From Candidatus Borrarchaeum weybense (GTDB taxonomy: Archaea; Asgardarchaeota; Sifarchaeia; Borrarchaeales; Borrarchaeaceae): 64,000 bases of DNA. Every line of letters begins with the position of its first letter. Within the stretch, counting starts at the first letter, position 1. Location of the stretch: NCBI GenBank assembly GCA_019057385.1, contig JAHQJS010000004.1, forward strand, positions 514,118-578,117, written 5' to 3'. Under the pieces are notes generated by a model, which did not search any database, was not told the origin of the DNA, and saw nothing but the letters and a program-made list of their open reading frames with translations. The translations under genes were made by a program, and so were the position numbers. This document shows, in pieces, positions 9,961 to 19,152 of the stretch.

Positions 9961-10010
9961 CGGGATATCTAAACGTATCGGTTTTTTTACCTTTTCTTCG
10001 TAAATTGGAT
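9961..10010 (-). promoter_or_regulatory. Promoter block upstream of the Cas6-like ORF (TATA-like GTTTAGATATCCCG, an A-rich tract, then a hairpin ATCCCGTT/AACGGGAT and an SD)
   Basis: About 70 percent identical to the block upstream of the RAMP gene (11023-11092). The TATA-like box lies about 45-55 nt before the ATG at 9916. Confidence 0.5.
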
Positions 10011-10145
10011 ATCACTTTTATCGTCCCTTGGCTGTCATCCATCCCCATCAATACTAGAGGCGTGGGACCTCTTAGATGGTTCAGTCTCATACGCAAGAAC
10101 GTGCTCCTCACAATGTGAGAGAAGCATACCGTCATGGATGAGAAA
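10011..10145 (-). ncRNA. Structured RNA element, copy B (same family as copies A and C)
   Basis: Shares the blocks CACGUUCUUG.G.AUGAGACUGAAC, AAGAGGUC...CCUCU and GGAUGGAUGACAG with copies A and C. It lies between the RAMP gene and the Cas6-like ORF. Confidence 0.65.
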
Positions 10146-10193
10146 AAAGAAGAGTAGAAGAATATTGCAGAGTCTTCGATCATTTATCTCCCT

Positions 10194-10979
10194 TCAAGCG
10201 TCTAATGCGTCTAAAATTGTCCTCCAATCCTCAATTTCATCAAATTCAATTGATTCCGCTTCGATTTCTTCATTGACCTTATAGATACCATTGTTTCTTT
10301 TTACGGTCTTGATAACTTCAATTTTTAGAAGATCAAAGTCCAAAAGTTTAACCTGTCCATAGCCTGCGTTCTTACCGCCTCCAAGCGTTTCGATGTATAG
10401 CAATGACTCCATGAGGAATTTAATCTCTTCTTTAGTCAGAAGAGTTACATCAATAGAGAATGTGAAATAGCCACTGAAATAACTTTCACGAAAATCTTGG
10501 ATAGGTATACCCTCATAACTTAACGCTATCCTATTTTCGCTCAAGATATGAACTCTTTGCACCGCTACATCAGTATTATATTCTTTATGAGAGATAGAAG
10601 TAATAGGATCAGCATAGACAGAAATCCGGGATTCTTCGCGAAAACTACCAAAGATTCTTCGGAGAATACAGGGAGTATCACACGCACCAAATGGATGAAA
10701 CCCGTTAGGAATGAGTTTAGTGCCGTCTTTGAGTTCGGTTTTTTCACTGGTATGACAGACTTCGATACCACAATCTTGAGCCAGCGACATGGCGGCATGT
10801 CTTAGCATGCCACGCAAACCTTTGATATAATATACTTTGGTATTGAAGGTCTTTTCTCCATTTATATAAGGAATTTCACCGAGAAGCAACATGGTAGAAT
10901 TTTTCTGTATGGAGGCATTCAGGGGTTTGGCAATAGGGGTAAAGGCTCGAACCACAAGTTGTTTTTTTGTTTTTTTCAT
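10194..10979 (-). CDS. RAMP superfamily protein, type III-like Cas7 (Csm3/Cmr4-like)
   Basis: IKGLRGMLRHAA (the G-x-lR motif after beta1), the Cys pair plus CILRRIFGSF (Csm3-like C..C..FGS) and LGGGKNAGYGQVKL (the C-terminal glycine-rich loop). Confidence 0.65.
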   Translation of the reverse strand: MKKTKKQLVVRAFTPIAKPLNASIQKNSTMLLLGEIPYINGEKTFNTKVYYIKGLRGMLRHAAMSLAQDCGIEVCHTSEKTELKDGTKLIPNGFHPFGACDTPCILRRIFGSFREESRISVYADPITSISHKEYNTDVAVQRVHILSENRIALSYEGIPIQDFRESYFSGYFTFSIDVTLLTKEEIKFLMESLLYIETLGGGKNAGYGQVKLLDFDLLKIEVIKTVKRNNGIYKVNEEIEAESIEFDEIEDWRTILDALDA

Positions 10980-11022
10980 CTTTCTAACCTCGTTTAAATC
11001 TCAATAATAACTTTTGCAACTA

Positions 11023-11092
11023 GATATATAAACCTATCGCTTTTTCTACCTTTTTTTAGTAAAATGGATGATTTTATACGCTTCTTTTTGAA
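11023..11092 (-). promoter_or_regulatory. Promoter block upstream of the RAMP gene (TATA box TTTATATATC, A-rich tract), paralogous to 9961-10030
   Basis: The minus-strand GGTTTATATATCTAG lies about 45 nt before the ATG at 10979, and a GAGGT SD lies 7 nt before the ATG. The block aligns with the 3' tail of RNA copy B. Confidence 0.55.
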
Positions 11093-11535
11093 AATAAAGC
11101 GTTTTAAAGACGTTTTTTTGTATATTACTGGAAACATACGAAAAACCTTTGTTAATTTAGGTAAAACCTTTTTTGTATTAATAATGTCTTAAGTAAAAAG
11201 GAAAAATATTTGCAAAAATGGAGATATTCTGGAAGAATAAAAAGTGCAATAAGAATGGTCTATACTTGTTAAGTGTCATCAATTGTGCTTGAAATTATTT
11301 ATGCTTTATTTTAAAATTTCTTATAATCGCGCATTAGGTCGCTCAAAAACACCTTTCTCCCCCACTCATAGTACTTGGGGCGTTCTGTGTTACTATTGCA
11401 GGGTTCAAATCGTGTGCATCGGCTGTCCTTTAGCGCAACTGGCATATATGCAGTCTTACATCCAATTACATTTCCAGTCTGACAAGTTCTCTTGAAGAAG
11501 CCGTGTCTTTTATAGGGAGGACACTTACTTTTCTC

Positions 11536-14500
11536 TTAAGAACTACCTAGGAGTTTTCGGCGTTTCATAACTAAATTCACTAGACCTGGTACGAAATCTT
11601 CATTTATTTGGACTATTGAGCCAAGTGATGTGTCCTTTTCTCGAAAAATACCTGCAGAGCAGATTCTTGCCCATGCATTACGATTCTCCTTATACGGACG
11701 AAGCTTGGCCGAGAAAATCTCTTTGTTGGGAATATTCCCCTGAATATCAATAAACTCTTCCAAGACATCATATAGCACTTCTTTAATAGGGCCACGGATT
11801 CCTCCCCGGCCAAAAATGGTTAATTCATCGGGAATATCGCTTGAACCTGCAATTAGCAATGCCAATTTCTCTGAATCGGATACTTCAGGAATTTTATCGA
11901 ATCTAAACTGCCAATCTGCGAATATCCTCATTATATAAGGCTTTTTTGCCAATTTTAATTGTGTTTCTGACATCTTCGAGGAATCTAAGCCATATTTCAA
12001 AGCGGCGGTCTTTAACTCATCGTTTGTAAACTCATTTAAAATTAAACTTGCTTTATCAATTATTGAATTCGAAGGCTTTCCTCGGAAAATATAGCTGTTT
12101 AAATCATGCTTTACACGATTAATATATTCATTAGCGCTCCAGTCAGCGGTTCTACAAGATATAATAGTAGGTACCCCTTCGGTGGCAAGACGCATTACAG
12201 TGTCTTTTAGCAGAGGTAAGATGAATTCTGGTCTTTCCACTTCATCTATGCCATCAATTATAACAAGTAGATTTGCATTTTTTTCCTTTAATGTGCTAAA
12301 CATCTGTTTCAATACATTAAATGCATCGAGCATGACAATAGATCCAAAAAACGCTTGTACAGTCTTGGTTACGTTCTTTCTAGCGCTGAAAAAAAGAGGA
12401 ACAATTTGTCCTTTAACGGTGATAGTTTTCATGAGTTCATTTGCCTTATGTGCAAGAAGCCATGTCTTCCCGATGCCCATGTCCGAAAGTAAAAGGAAAA
12501 TTTTACGCTCCTCGCCGATTGGTAGTGTAGCAATTTCAATAAATTCATCAATTGCCTTTTCGGCATCAACGCGAGGTTCATATTTTTCATCACTATAGGC
12601 GATTTCGAATAAACTCGAAAATGAAACTGTGTTGAGAAAACATTTTGATAGAAAAATAATATTTTCGGTGTTTAGATCCTTAGATATATTTTTAGATAGT
12701 ATACTAACTACACGATCAAGATTTTTTTCAAGATTCTTGATATTTGTACGTACATCATCTAATCGTCTCTTAGTATCTTCTGTATTCGATTCCAATAGAT
12801 TTATAATGACATTAATACTTTCTTCGAGTTCTTGCTTTACATCTAAAGAAATATTACTTATTTCATCTTCCATCCATGCTCTTAGTGTTTCAATTGCTTC
12901 GAAAGGTTTTTTTGAAGCGAAATCAATTGCTTTATTGAATCCATTTATGATCGGACGAAGAGAAGTATCGATAATCAATTTTAGTTTGTCCTCATCAATG
13001 TTAGCATTTATTTCCTCAAGTTTCTTATTTATTAGATCTTCGATTCCTCTGAAGGATGCTTTCTTCATTGCTTCCTCAATATTTTCGGTAATCGATGTTT
13101 CATCAACCTTGATACCAAAAGAAGAAATTTTATTCGATATCAACTTTCCTATATACCCTGCAGCCGGAGGACAAACCATGCCAACGAGCATAGAACCCAC
13201 AGCAGGCAAACATTTGAGGCCTATCTCGCCAAGTGTTTTTCCTGCCTTCTTAAGTATATCTCTTATCTTCTTGAGACGTCCTTCATCTTTTTCAGGTTGA
13301 TAACTCTCTGAAATCGCATCAGAATCAACTTCTTGATCGTTTGTCAGAATAGGAGGCGTAATTGGAGTTTGTGGTTGAGTTGTTCGAGTTTCTATTTCTT
13401 TTTGTTCTTCAACAATTATTTTCTTAGTTTTTTCAATTTCCTCCATTTCTATTGTCTCTGTTTGCTCTAGCGTTTCACTTGTAAGAAGCGCTTGTGCCTC
13501 TTTTGCTTTGTAGATGGCCCCTGGTTCACCTTTTATTGTGTATTTGATCTCTACCATTCGATCTGGTTGGATATTCTTGATGGACCATTCTAAGACGGTG
13601 AAGCTCTTGCCTTCGACCAGTCTCGGTCGTTGATCAGTCAGCTCTGGCGAACTTGAAACCAGTATAAAGCCTTCAGGCAAGATATCGGCGATGGTGATGT
13701 CCTGAAGGGTAACTTCGTCATCAGGCTTCAGTTTATTATGATAGTAGATAGTAATAGCATATTCACCTTCTGTATCACCTTCTTGGATCGATTTTCCAAC
13801 ACGAGCTTTACGCCAAACATGCTCCTTTACAGTAAGTTTATCTTCTGCAATGGCACGAAGTTCTTCATGTTCGGAAAATGGTTCTAAAACATTACCTACT
13901 ACTGAAACTGGTACAACAAGTTCGACTCCAGGTTCCGGTTCTACTGCTTGAAGGAGGTAATCTATTTTAACACAATCCTTTGGATTAATAGCTTTAATTG
14001 CAACCAGTTTATTAATATTTGAGAGGGATAAAATCAATTTTCTTTCCTTTGATAAATCTCTCCCCCCTTTCTCAGTAATTTTTACTGCTCCAGTAATATC
14101 TTGTTGATAATCTGATTCTCGTATAAGACTTGCTTTGATAGAGTCGATATTAAAACCTGGAGGGATCGTTTCATAAAAAGTAAGATCATTTAAAGGTGCA
14201 GAACCAGTATTACATGCCTTTAAGGTAGTCTTAATAGGATTTTCTTCGATTGCGTTAATTCTTTTTACTTCATATGATTTTTCTACTTTTATATCTGCTA
14301 CTTTAACTAAACCACCATATTGTACTACAGAGCCAGTGAGTTCTCTCAGAAAATTGTTTTTAACTGAAAAGTCAACTTTTTGTCCAAAGCTAGGAAATTC
14401 CATAATTGGATCTTCTTTTGGATCAGGGAACACGAAAGTCTTGGTCCATTTATTCTCGGTGTCAGGACTAAGAGTTACGTAAAGGCTATCCTCACTGATT

Positions 14501-15549
14501 ACTAAATGTTCTCGTCGATCTGATCTTTTTCTAAATATAGTTTCTTCGGCAGTCTGTCGATAGACTTCCACTTCGCGGAGCATTATTTCAAACGTGGAAA
14601 GGTTTTCAAATTCAATCGCACAGTTCCAGCGACCCGGGACGTTGTCAATCTCATCTTTATCGATCCAAGTAACATTTTTGGTGTAGCCTTCTAGACCAAG
14701 AAAAATAATATCTGACATCGTTGTATCTGGTGTTGCGAAACTTATAGAAATTTTGCCTGTATTTAGTGGGACTACTGTTTCTGCTTTTAAAAAAACTCCA
14801 AATGTTATTGATTTTGATTCATTAGGAGCTAAACTAAATCCAGACCAAAAGATCTTGTCAGTCTCTCTTTTATAATCTCCATCTGCTCCCTTTAAGTCCA
14901 TAACTTCCCTGAAAGCTTCAGGCAATTCTTTAACAAAAATAATGTTTTCTAAATTCGTTTTTGATTTATTAATAACCATAATCGTAACTCTGACCGCAGT
15001 TTCTTTATTTCTTATTAGTATTTTTGGCATAGTCTCTGATTCTGGTTCAGTATCTATGTATTCCTCAATTATCAGAGGTGATTCAATATCTTTTGAAACA
15101 GGAGTTCTCAAAGAATAATTTTTAAAGAATAATTCGCTGGGTCTAAGTTCTTGGATGTTTATATTGCACAGACCCTCCCTAGCTGATAAATTGGTCTTTG
15201 AAATATTTTCCCAGTAACTATCGAGATTCCAAACGCTATCTCGTTCGTTTGGATTGTAAAAACCAACACTTCCTGATGTTTTAATAGTTTCTGTTCCATC
15301 TGCTTGAAAAACAGCATCTATTCTTTCAGAGTTGATAACAAGAATTCGTTTATTATTTTTAGCGCCAACTATTTTCCAGGCTTTAGGTATATCTTTCTCA
15401 GGCATATGTTCCAAGTCTAGTTTTTTAAGATCGACAACTACCCTTCCCTTTGGTATCTCGAATAAAATTGGACCTTCAAGTATTTTTGGAACATAATTTG
15501 CCATTTCGGCATTTCCTCTTCTATTTTTCCTGACTATTTGTTTAGACAA
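11536..15549 (-). CDS. Giant STAND-type NTPase with N-terminal beta-sandwich (DUF11/CARDB-like) repeats, a coiled-coil/hydrophobic linker and a C-terminal NACHT-like P-loop domain
   Basis: Walker A LLLSDMGIGKTWL and Walker B NLLVIIDGIDEV. Repeated segments such as NTGSAPLNDLTFYETIPPGF and ITIADILPEGF are typical of DUF11-like Ig folds. Confidence 0.7.
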   Translation of the reverse strand: MSKQIVRKNRRGNAEMANYVPKILEGPILFEIPKGRVVVDLKKLDLEHMPEKDIPKAWKIVGAKNNKRILVINSERIDAVFQADGTETIKTSGSVGFYNPNERDSVWNLDSYWENISKTNLSAREGLCNINIQELRPSELFFKNYSLRTPVSKDIESPLIIEEYIDTEPESETMPKILIRNKETAVRVTIMVINKSKTNLENIIFVKELPEAFREVMDLKGADGDYKRETDKIFWSGFSLAPNESKSITFGVFLKAETVVPLNTGKISISFATPDTTMSDIIFLGLEGYTKNVTWIDKDEIDNVPGRWNCAIEFENLSTFEIMLREVEVYRQTAEETIFRKRSDRREHLVISEDSLYVTLSPDTENKWTKTFVFPDPKEDPIMEFPSFGQKVDFSVKNNFLRELTGSVVQYGGLVKVADIKVEKSYEVKRINAIEENPIKTTLKACNTGSAPLNDLTFYETIPPGFNIDSIKASLIRESDYQQDITGAVKITEKGGRDLSKERKLILSLSNINKLVAIKAINPKDCVKIDYLLQAVEPEPGVELVVPVSVVGNVLEPFSEHEELRAIAEDKLTVKEHVWRKARVGKSIQEGDTEGEYAITIYYHNKLKPDDEVTLQDITIADILPEGFILVSSSPELTDQRPRLVEGKSFTVLEWSIKNIQPDRMVEIKYTIKGEPGAIYKAKEAQALLTSETLEQTETIEMEEIEKTKKIIVEEQKEIETRTTQPQTPITPPILTNDQEVDSDAISESYQPEKDEGRLKKIRDILKKAGKTLGEIGLKCLPAVGSMLVGMVCPPAAGYIGKLISNKISSFGIKVDETSITENIEEAMKKASFRGIEDLINKKLEEINANIDEDKLKLIIDTSLRPIINGFNKAIDFASKKPFEAIETLRAWMEDEISNISLDVKQELEESINVIINLLESNTEDTKRRLDDVRTNIKNLEKNLDRVVSILSKNISKDLNTENIIFLSKCFLNTVSFSSLFEIAYSDEKYEPRVDAEKAIDEFIEIATLPIGEERKIFLLLSDMGIGKTWLLAHKANELMKTITVKGQIVPLFFSARKNVTKTVQAFFGSIVMLDAFNVLKQMFSTLKEKNANLLVIIDGIDEVERPEFILPLLKDTVMRLATEGVPTIISCRTADWSANEYINRVKHDLNSYIFRGKPSNSIIDKASLILNEFTNDELKTAALKYGLDSSKMSETQLKLAKKPYIMRIFADWQFRFDKIPEVSDSEKLALLIAGSSDIPDELTIFGRGGIRGPIKEVLYDVLEEFIDIQGNIPNKEIFSAKLRPYKENRNAWARICSAGIFREKDTSLGSIVQINEDFVPGLVNLVMKRRKLLGSS

Positions 15550-15622
15550 CTAAATAAATTTACTTATAAAAAACACAAAAAAAGAATTAATTCACTAAAC
15601 CGATAAGGAAATCTTAACTAAA

Positions 15623-17356
15623 TCACTCAACAATTCTAGATTTCCTAAGAAATCCAATTAAAACTCCTCCTATGATGAAACAAGCGAGTAACAGAAAAAG
15701 GACCAGGTACACAGCGAACTGTGGTGGAACAACATAAAACAGATACAGAAGGAATCCACAACTGAATAATCCGTTAATTATGCCAGTCTTCAATCCTGCA
15801 TTTTTTAAGTTCAAGGATGTTTTCCTAAGACTAATAAATCCACTCAGCACTCCTGCAATGAGGAAACAAGAAATAATTCGAACGATTTGTAAAATTATCT
15901 CAGAAGGCATAGGAATAACAAATAAAATGACTACTAATATCACAATTCCTGATATCCCACCGTTAACCATGTCTGTGGTTGATGGTCGTTGAATGCTGAG
16001 ATCGGGATAGTCTTTTAAATCCTCTCCAATGAGAAATTTCAAACGATCCATTACCATCCATTTAGAGGTTACAAAATCAAAATAAATTCCAATGGCAGCA
16101 ATAATCGAAGCAATTAAAAGGAAGTGTGGCAATAAATCTACCCCAAAGTAAACAATGAATAATCTTGATGAAAGATAAGTTACTAAAAGAACGCCGAGAC
16201 CCAATACAATAGGATGGAATATTCTCTGTAAACGAGAGTATTTTCTGAAGAAATCCAGATCTTTATTTTTTACAGCCCAATCTTGCTTGACATGAATATA
16301 AGAAAGTGATGGAACGGCGCCTACAAGGAATGCCACGGTAAGAATAATTGCTCTTAAGACAAACAAGACATCGTGAGAAGGAATATTACTTGGCATTTGT
16401 TGTGTTAAAAAGTCTAAAAAGGGCACAACCATCGGCTGTAGCATCGCTAATATAAAAGCAACAAGATATGGGAGAAATATTATAAAACAGCGATTCCAGT
16501 TCTCCCACTCATTACGAATTCCAAGGAAAGCGATCATGAAAGGAATGATTATTAGAATCATAAAAAGAAGTTGAGAGCTCTCAAAATAATTTAGAAATCG
16601 AAGATTCATCCCAACAATAATAGCATTGGCGACTAACGAAACTACTAACCAACTAGTCTGAATCGTTTGGTCGCTTTTTAGCCAATTTCTCCAAAAATGC
16701 TTTTCAATTTGTCCTTTGTAGCGCATTGTGTCTTTCAATGCACCAATAAAAGCCCTTGGTGTCTCGATAGTTCCTAGTAGAACTAAGAAATTGAATACAG
16801 AGAGAAAAAGTATCACTGCGGAGAATATTTTATCCCCTCCAATGGCAAGCCATACCGTTATCAAAATGAAGGTGTCAAAAGCCCGCTCGTACGAATAATA
16901 CTCCTTATATTCTAGAAAATCAAGTTTTCTTTTAAAATATGTTGAATATAGTTTAGTTGCACCCAACCATCCCATGAACCCCATAAACATTAATCCAAAA
17001 GAGAAAATAGCCGGGAGAAACTCATTATTTAGCGCATGTATTAACAACCTTTCGGAAGCATTCGCAAAGATACTTGTAGAGAAAAACACAAATCCGCAAA
17101 TTACGGAAATAAGTAGTCGTGATCTCAACTCTTCATTTCGAAGTACATCTTCTGGATTCTTCTCGAAAACCATTTTTGGAAGATGAAATTGGTAAATACC
17201 TATTGTCAAAATAAGACTTGCAAGTAGAAAGGTATATTCAAAGTTGAATAGACTTAAAACGACAGATAAAACACTTAGCAGGATAGTTATAAGCGAAACA
17301 AGAAGATTCTTAATATTCAGTTCTTTTGTTTTACTCTTAGAATCAATACTCCCCAT
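15623..17356 (-). CDS. Polytopic integral membrane protein (about 14 TM helices), function unknown; co-oriented just upstream of the NACHT gene
   Basis: Hydrophobic helices run throughout. I recognised no catalytic motif. Confidence 0.6.
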   Translation of the reverse strand: MGSIDSKSKTKELNIKNLLVSLITILLSVLSVVLSLFNFEYTFLLASLILTIGIYQFHLPKMVFEKNPEDVLRNEELRSRLLISVICGFVFFSTSIFANASERLLIHALNNEFLPAIFSFGLMFMGFMGWLGATKLYSTYFKRKLDFLEYKEYYSYERAFDTFILITVWLAIGGDKIFSAVILFLSVFNFLVLLGTIETPRAFIGALKDTMRYKGQIEKHFWRNWLKSDQTIQTSWLVVSLVANAIIVGMNLRFLNYFESSQLLFMILIIIPFMIAFLGIRNEWENWNRCFIIFLPYLVAFILAMLQPMVVPFLDFLTQQMPSNIPSHDVLFVLRAIILTVAFLVGAVPSLSYIHVKQDWAVKNKDLDFFRKYSRLQRIFHPIVLGLGVLLVTYLSSRLFIVYFGVDLLPHFLLIASIIAAIGIYFDFVTSKWMVMDRLKFLIGEDLKDYPDLSIQRPSTTDMVNGGISGIVILVVILFVIPMPSEIILQIVRIISCFLIAGVLSGFISLRKTSLNLKNAGLKTGIINGLFSCGFLLYLFYVVPPQFAVYLVLFLLLACFIIGGVLIGFLRKSRIVE

Positions 17357-17803
17357 CCCGTAATCTCCATTTGAAATATTTTTCTTAAGTTAGCTTCCAC
17401 TGCGTTGTTGTTGGAACAATATTCAAGAAAAATGTTGCTGTTACCAAAAAGTAACTAACAAATATAACGGAATATCTAATAATATCCTTAATCTCTAATT
17501 CTTCCAAGATAATCCCCCGTTTACGAAAGATTAGGACGTCTTTATGTTTACATATATAAAATCATTCTGCTTGTTATAATTTTCGTGAAACAGCGTTTTA
17601 TTAAATAGTAGAGTTCACGAAACTAATTACAAAACATCCTATGATTAAAATATTGGATCTTTTTATGATATGAAGAGGATCTCAGGAAAATAATCAGAGA
17701 ACTCATGGTAGGAATTTATAAAAAAGGATAGATTTGAGTTTTAAAACAGGACTGATAGTAAAGTTATTTGTACTAATTTCACTCCAGTTCTCTTATCAAT
17801 TCA

Positions 17804-18028
17804 TTATGTTGGTGGTATGTCCCTTATATCTTCGATTTTCCAAGTTGCGTAGTTAAAAGCGAAGAGTAATGTTAGGAAACTACTGATTGTAAATCCGAAA
17901 CAAAGTCCAAGAAAAGCAGAACTTATGTCTAAACTAAGTGTAAAGGCATAAGCGAGAACAATCGAAATAATTGAGAAAGAGAAGAAGAACGTTATTAGTA
18001 TAATCATCATACTAATAACTCTACTCAT
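17804..18028 (-). CDS. Small membrane protein (2 TM helices), hypothetical
   Basis: The ORF contains two clear hydrophobic helices. It is isolated in an AT-rich spacer. Confidence 0.3.
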   Translation of the reverse strand: MSRVISMMIILITFFFSFSIISIVLAYAFTLSLDISSAFLGLCFGFTISSFLTLLFAFNYATWKIEDIRDIPPT

Positions 18029-18190
18029 GCTTCGAATTTGGCTCCGTTCACGATCTCTACCCTGCTTTTCATAATTTCTCTCAAAAACTTCTCGAACGTC
18101 GTATGCATTTTTTAGAAGGAAAGTAGCAAAAATGCCTCCAATACCGAATAAAGAATCAACTAAACAAAAGGTATTCTACAGTTGAGATAA

Positions 18191-19135
18191 ATGAGTTTAC
18201 GAAAAGATATTTACCCTAATGCTAAGCAAAGAGATTTAGATCGTATCCTCCCTCAGTTAGTAACTGAGATTCTCAGAGCCTTTCAGTCTTGTTTTACATC
18301 AGAACAAGACCTCATACAGTTCATCAATAGACTTCCGAGCAGAGAAATTGTAGAACTCTTTCTTGATTCGGGAAGGTTTTATGCCGTCAGTAAAAGTGTC
18401 ATCACAGAGCCCTTTGTGAAGTTAATAATGATCTTTTCGATGATTGAGCGATTAACTTCAGCAGAAATACCATATACTGAATTTAAAAATTGGATACGTG
18501 AGAATGAAGTGCTCAGAGCAGCAGTTGAAGAAAATCCTGACATATCAGACTTCCATCTTTCATCTCTCAAGCAACTCATAGATAGTCTAAGAGAGAAATA
18601 TAATGAGATCTACGGCTTCGTAAGAAACATACTCTCATATTTCACGGAATATATTGCTCTTAGACATCAGATAATGATCATCGCCTCAATACATGTGAAA
18701 GACACAGAGATTTTAAGAAGATATCCTGATCAGGTAACTGGGGTACAGCCATATTCTGTGACTATTTCAGATTTTGCCACTGAACATAATCTTGAAACAT
18801 CAAAGGGATATATGCCTGTTTGCTATGACTGGAGACAATGCTGTGTAGATGTTAATACATGCTGTTGGCGTTCCAAAAAAACGTGCAGATTGTGGATAGA
18901 TGACGAAGAGCGCATCAAGAGGCTTAAAACAACAATAAAGTTATTGTATGACTTTAGAAGTGTATTTGTTCATCGTGCAGAACTGCCACCTTTTAGTGAA
19001 CATCCAACATTTGGAATGTATAAACATAATAAGAAATGGAGAGATTGCCTTATTCTGTTAAAGTCATCAGAATTTGAAGCAATCTTTGAGGAATCATTTG
19101 TCGAATATTTTAAAAGCAAGATCGACCTCGAATAA
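18191..19135 (+). CDS. Hypothetical Cys-rich protein with a possible HEPN-like Rx4H motif
   Basis: LYDFRSVFVHRAE contains R-x4-H. There is a Cys cluster CYDWRQCCVDVNTCCWRSKKTC. The protein looks otherwise helical. Confidence 0.35.
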   Translation: MSLRKDIYPNAKQRDLDRILPQLVTEILRAFQSCFTSEQDLIQFINRLPSREIVELFLDSGRFYAVSKSVITEPFVKLIMIFSMIERLTSAEIPYTEFKNWIRENEVLRAAVEENPDISDFHLSSLKQLIDSLREKYNEIYGFVRNILSYFTEYIALRHQIMIIASIHVKDTEILRRYPDQVTGVQPYSVTISDFATEHNLETSKGYMPVCYDWRQCCVDVNTCCWRSKKTCRLWIDDEERIKRLKTTIKLLYDFRSVFVHRAELPPFSEHPTFGMYKHNKKWRDCLILLKSSEFEAIFEESFVEYFKSKIDLE

Positions 19136-19152
19136 ACCGAAGTTGAATTAGA

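Noticed and set aside
11395-11425. GCAGGGTTCAAATCGTGTGC, which looks like a tRNA T-arm.
   Set aside because: The flanks cannot form a T-stem (AGGG against CGTG), and there is no acceptor or anticodon arm.
12182-13300. Plus-strand ORFs 12182-12598 and 12629-13300 inside the NACHT gene.
   Set aside because: They are antisense shadow ORFs with low-complexity, Ser/Phe/Ile-rich composition. The minus-strand frame carries clear Walker motifs.
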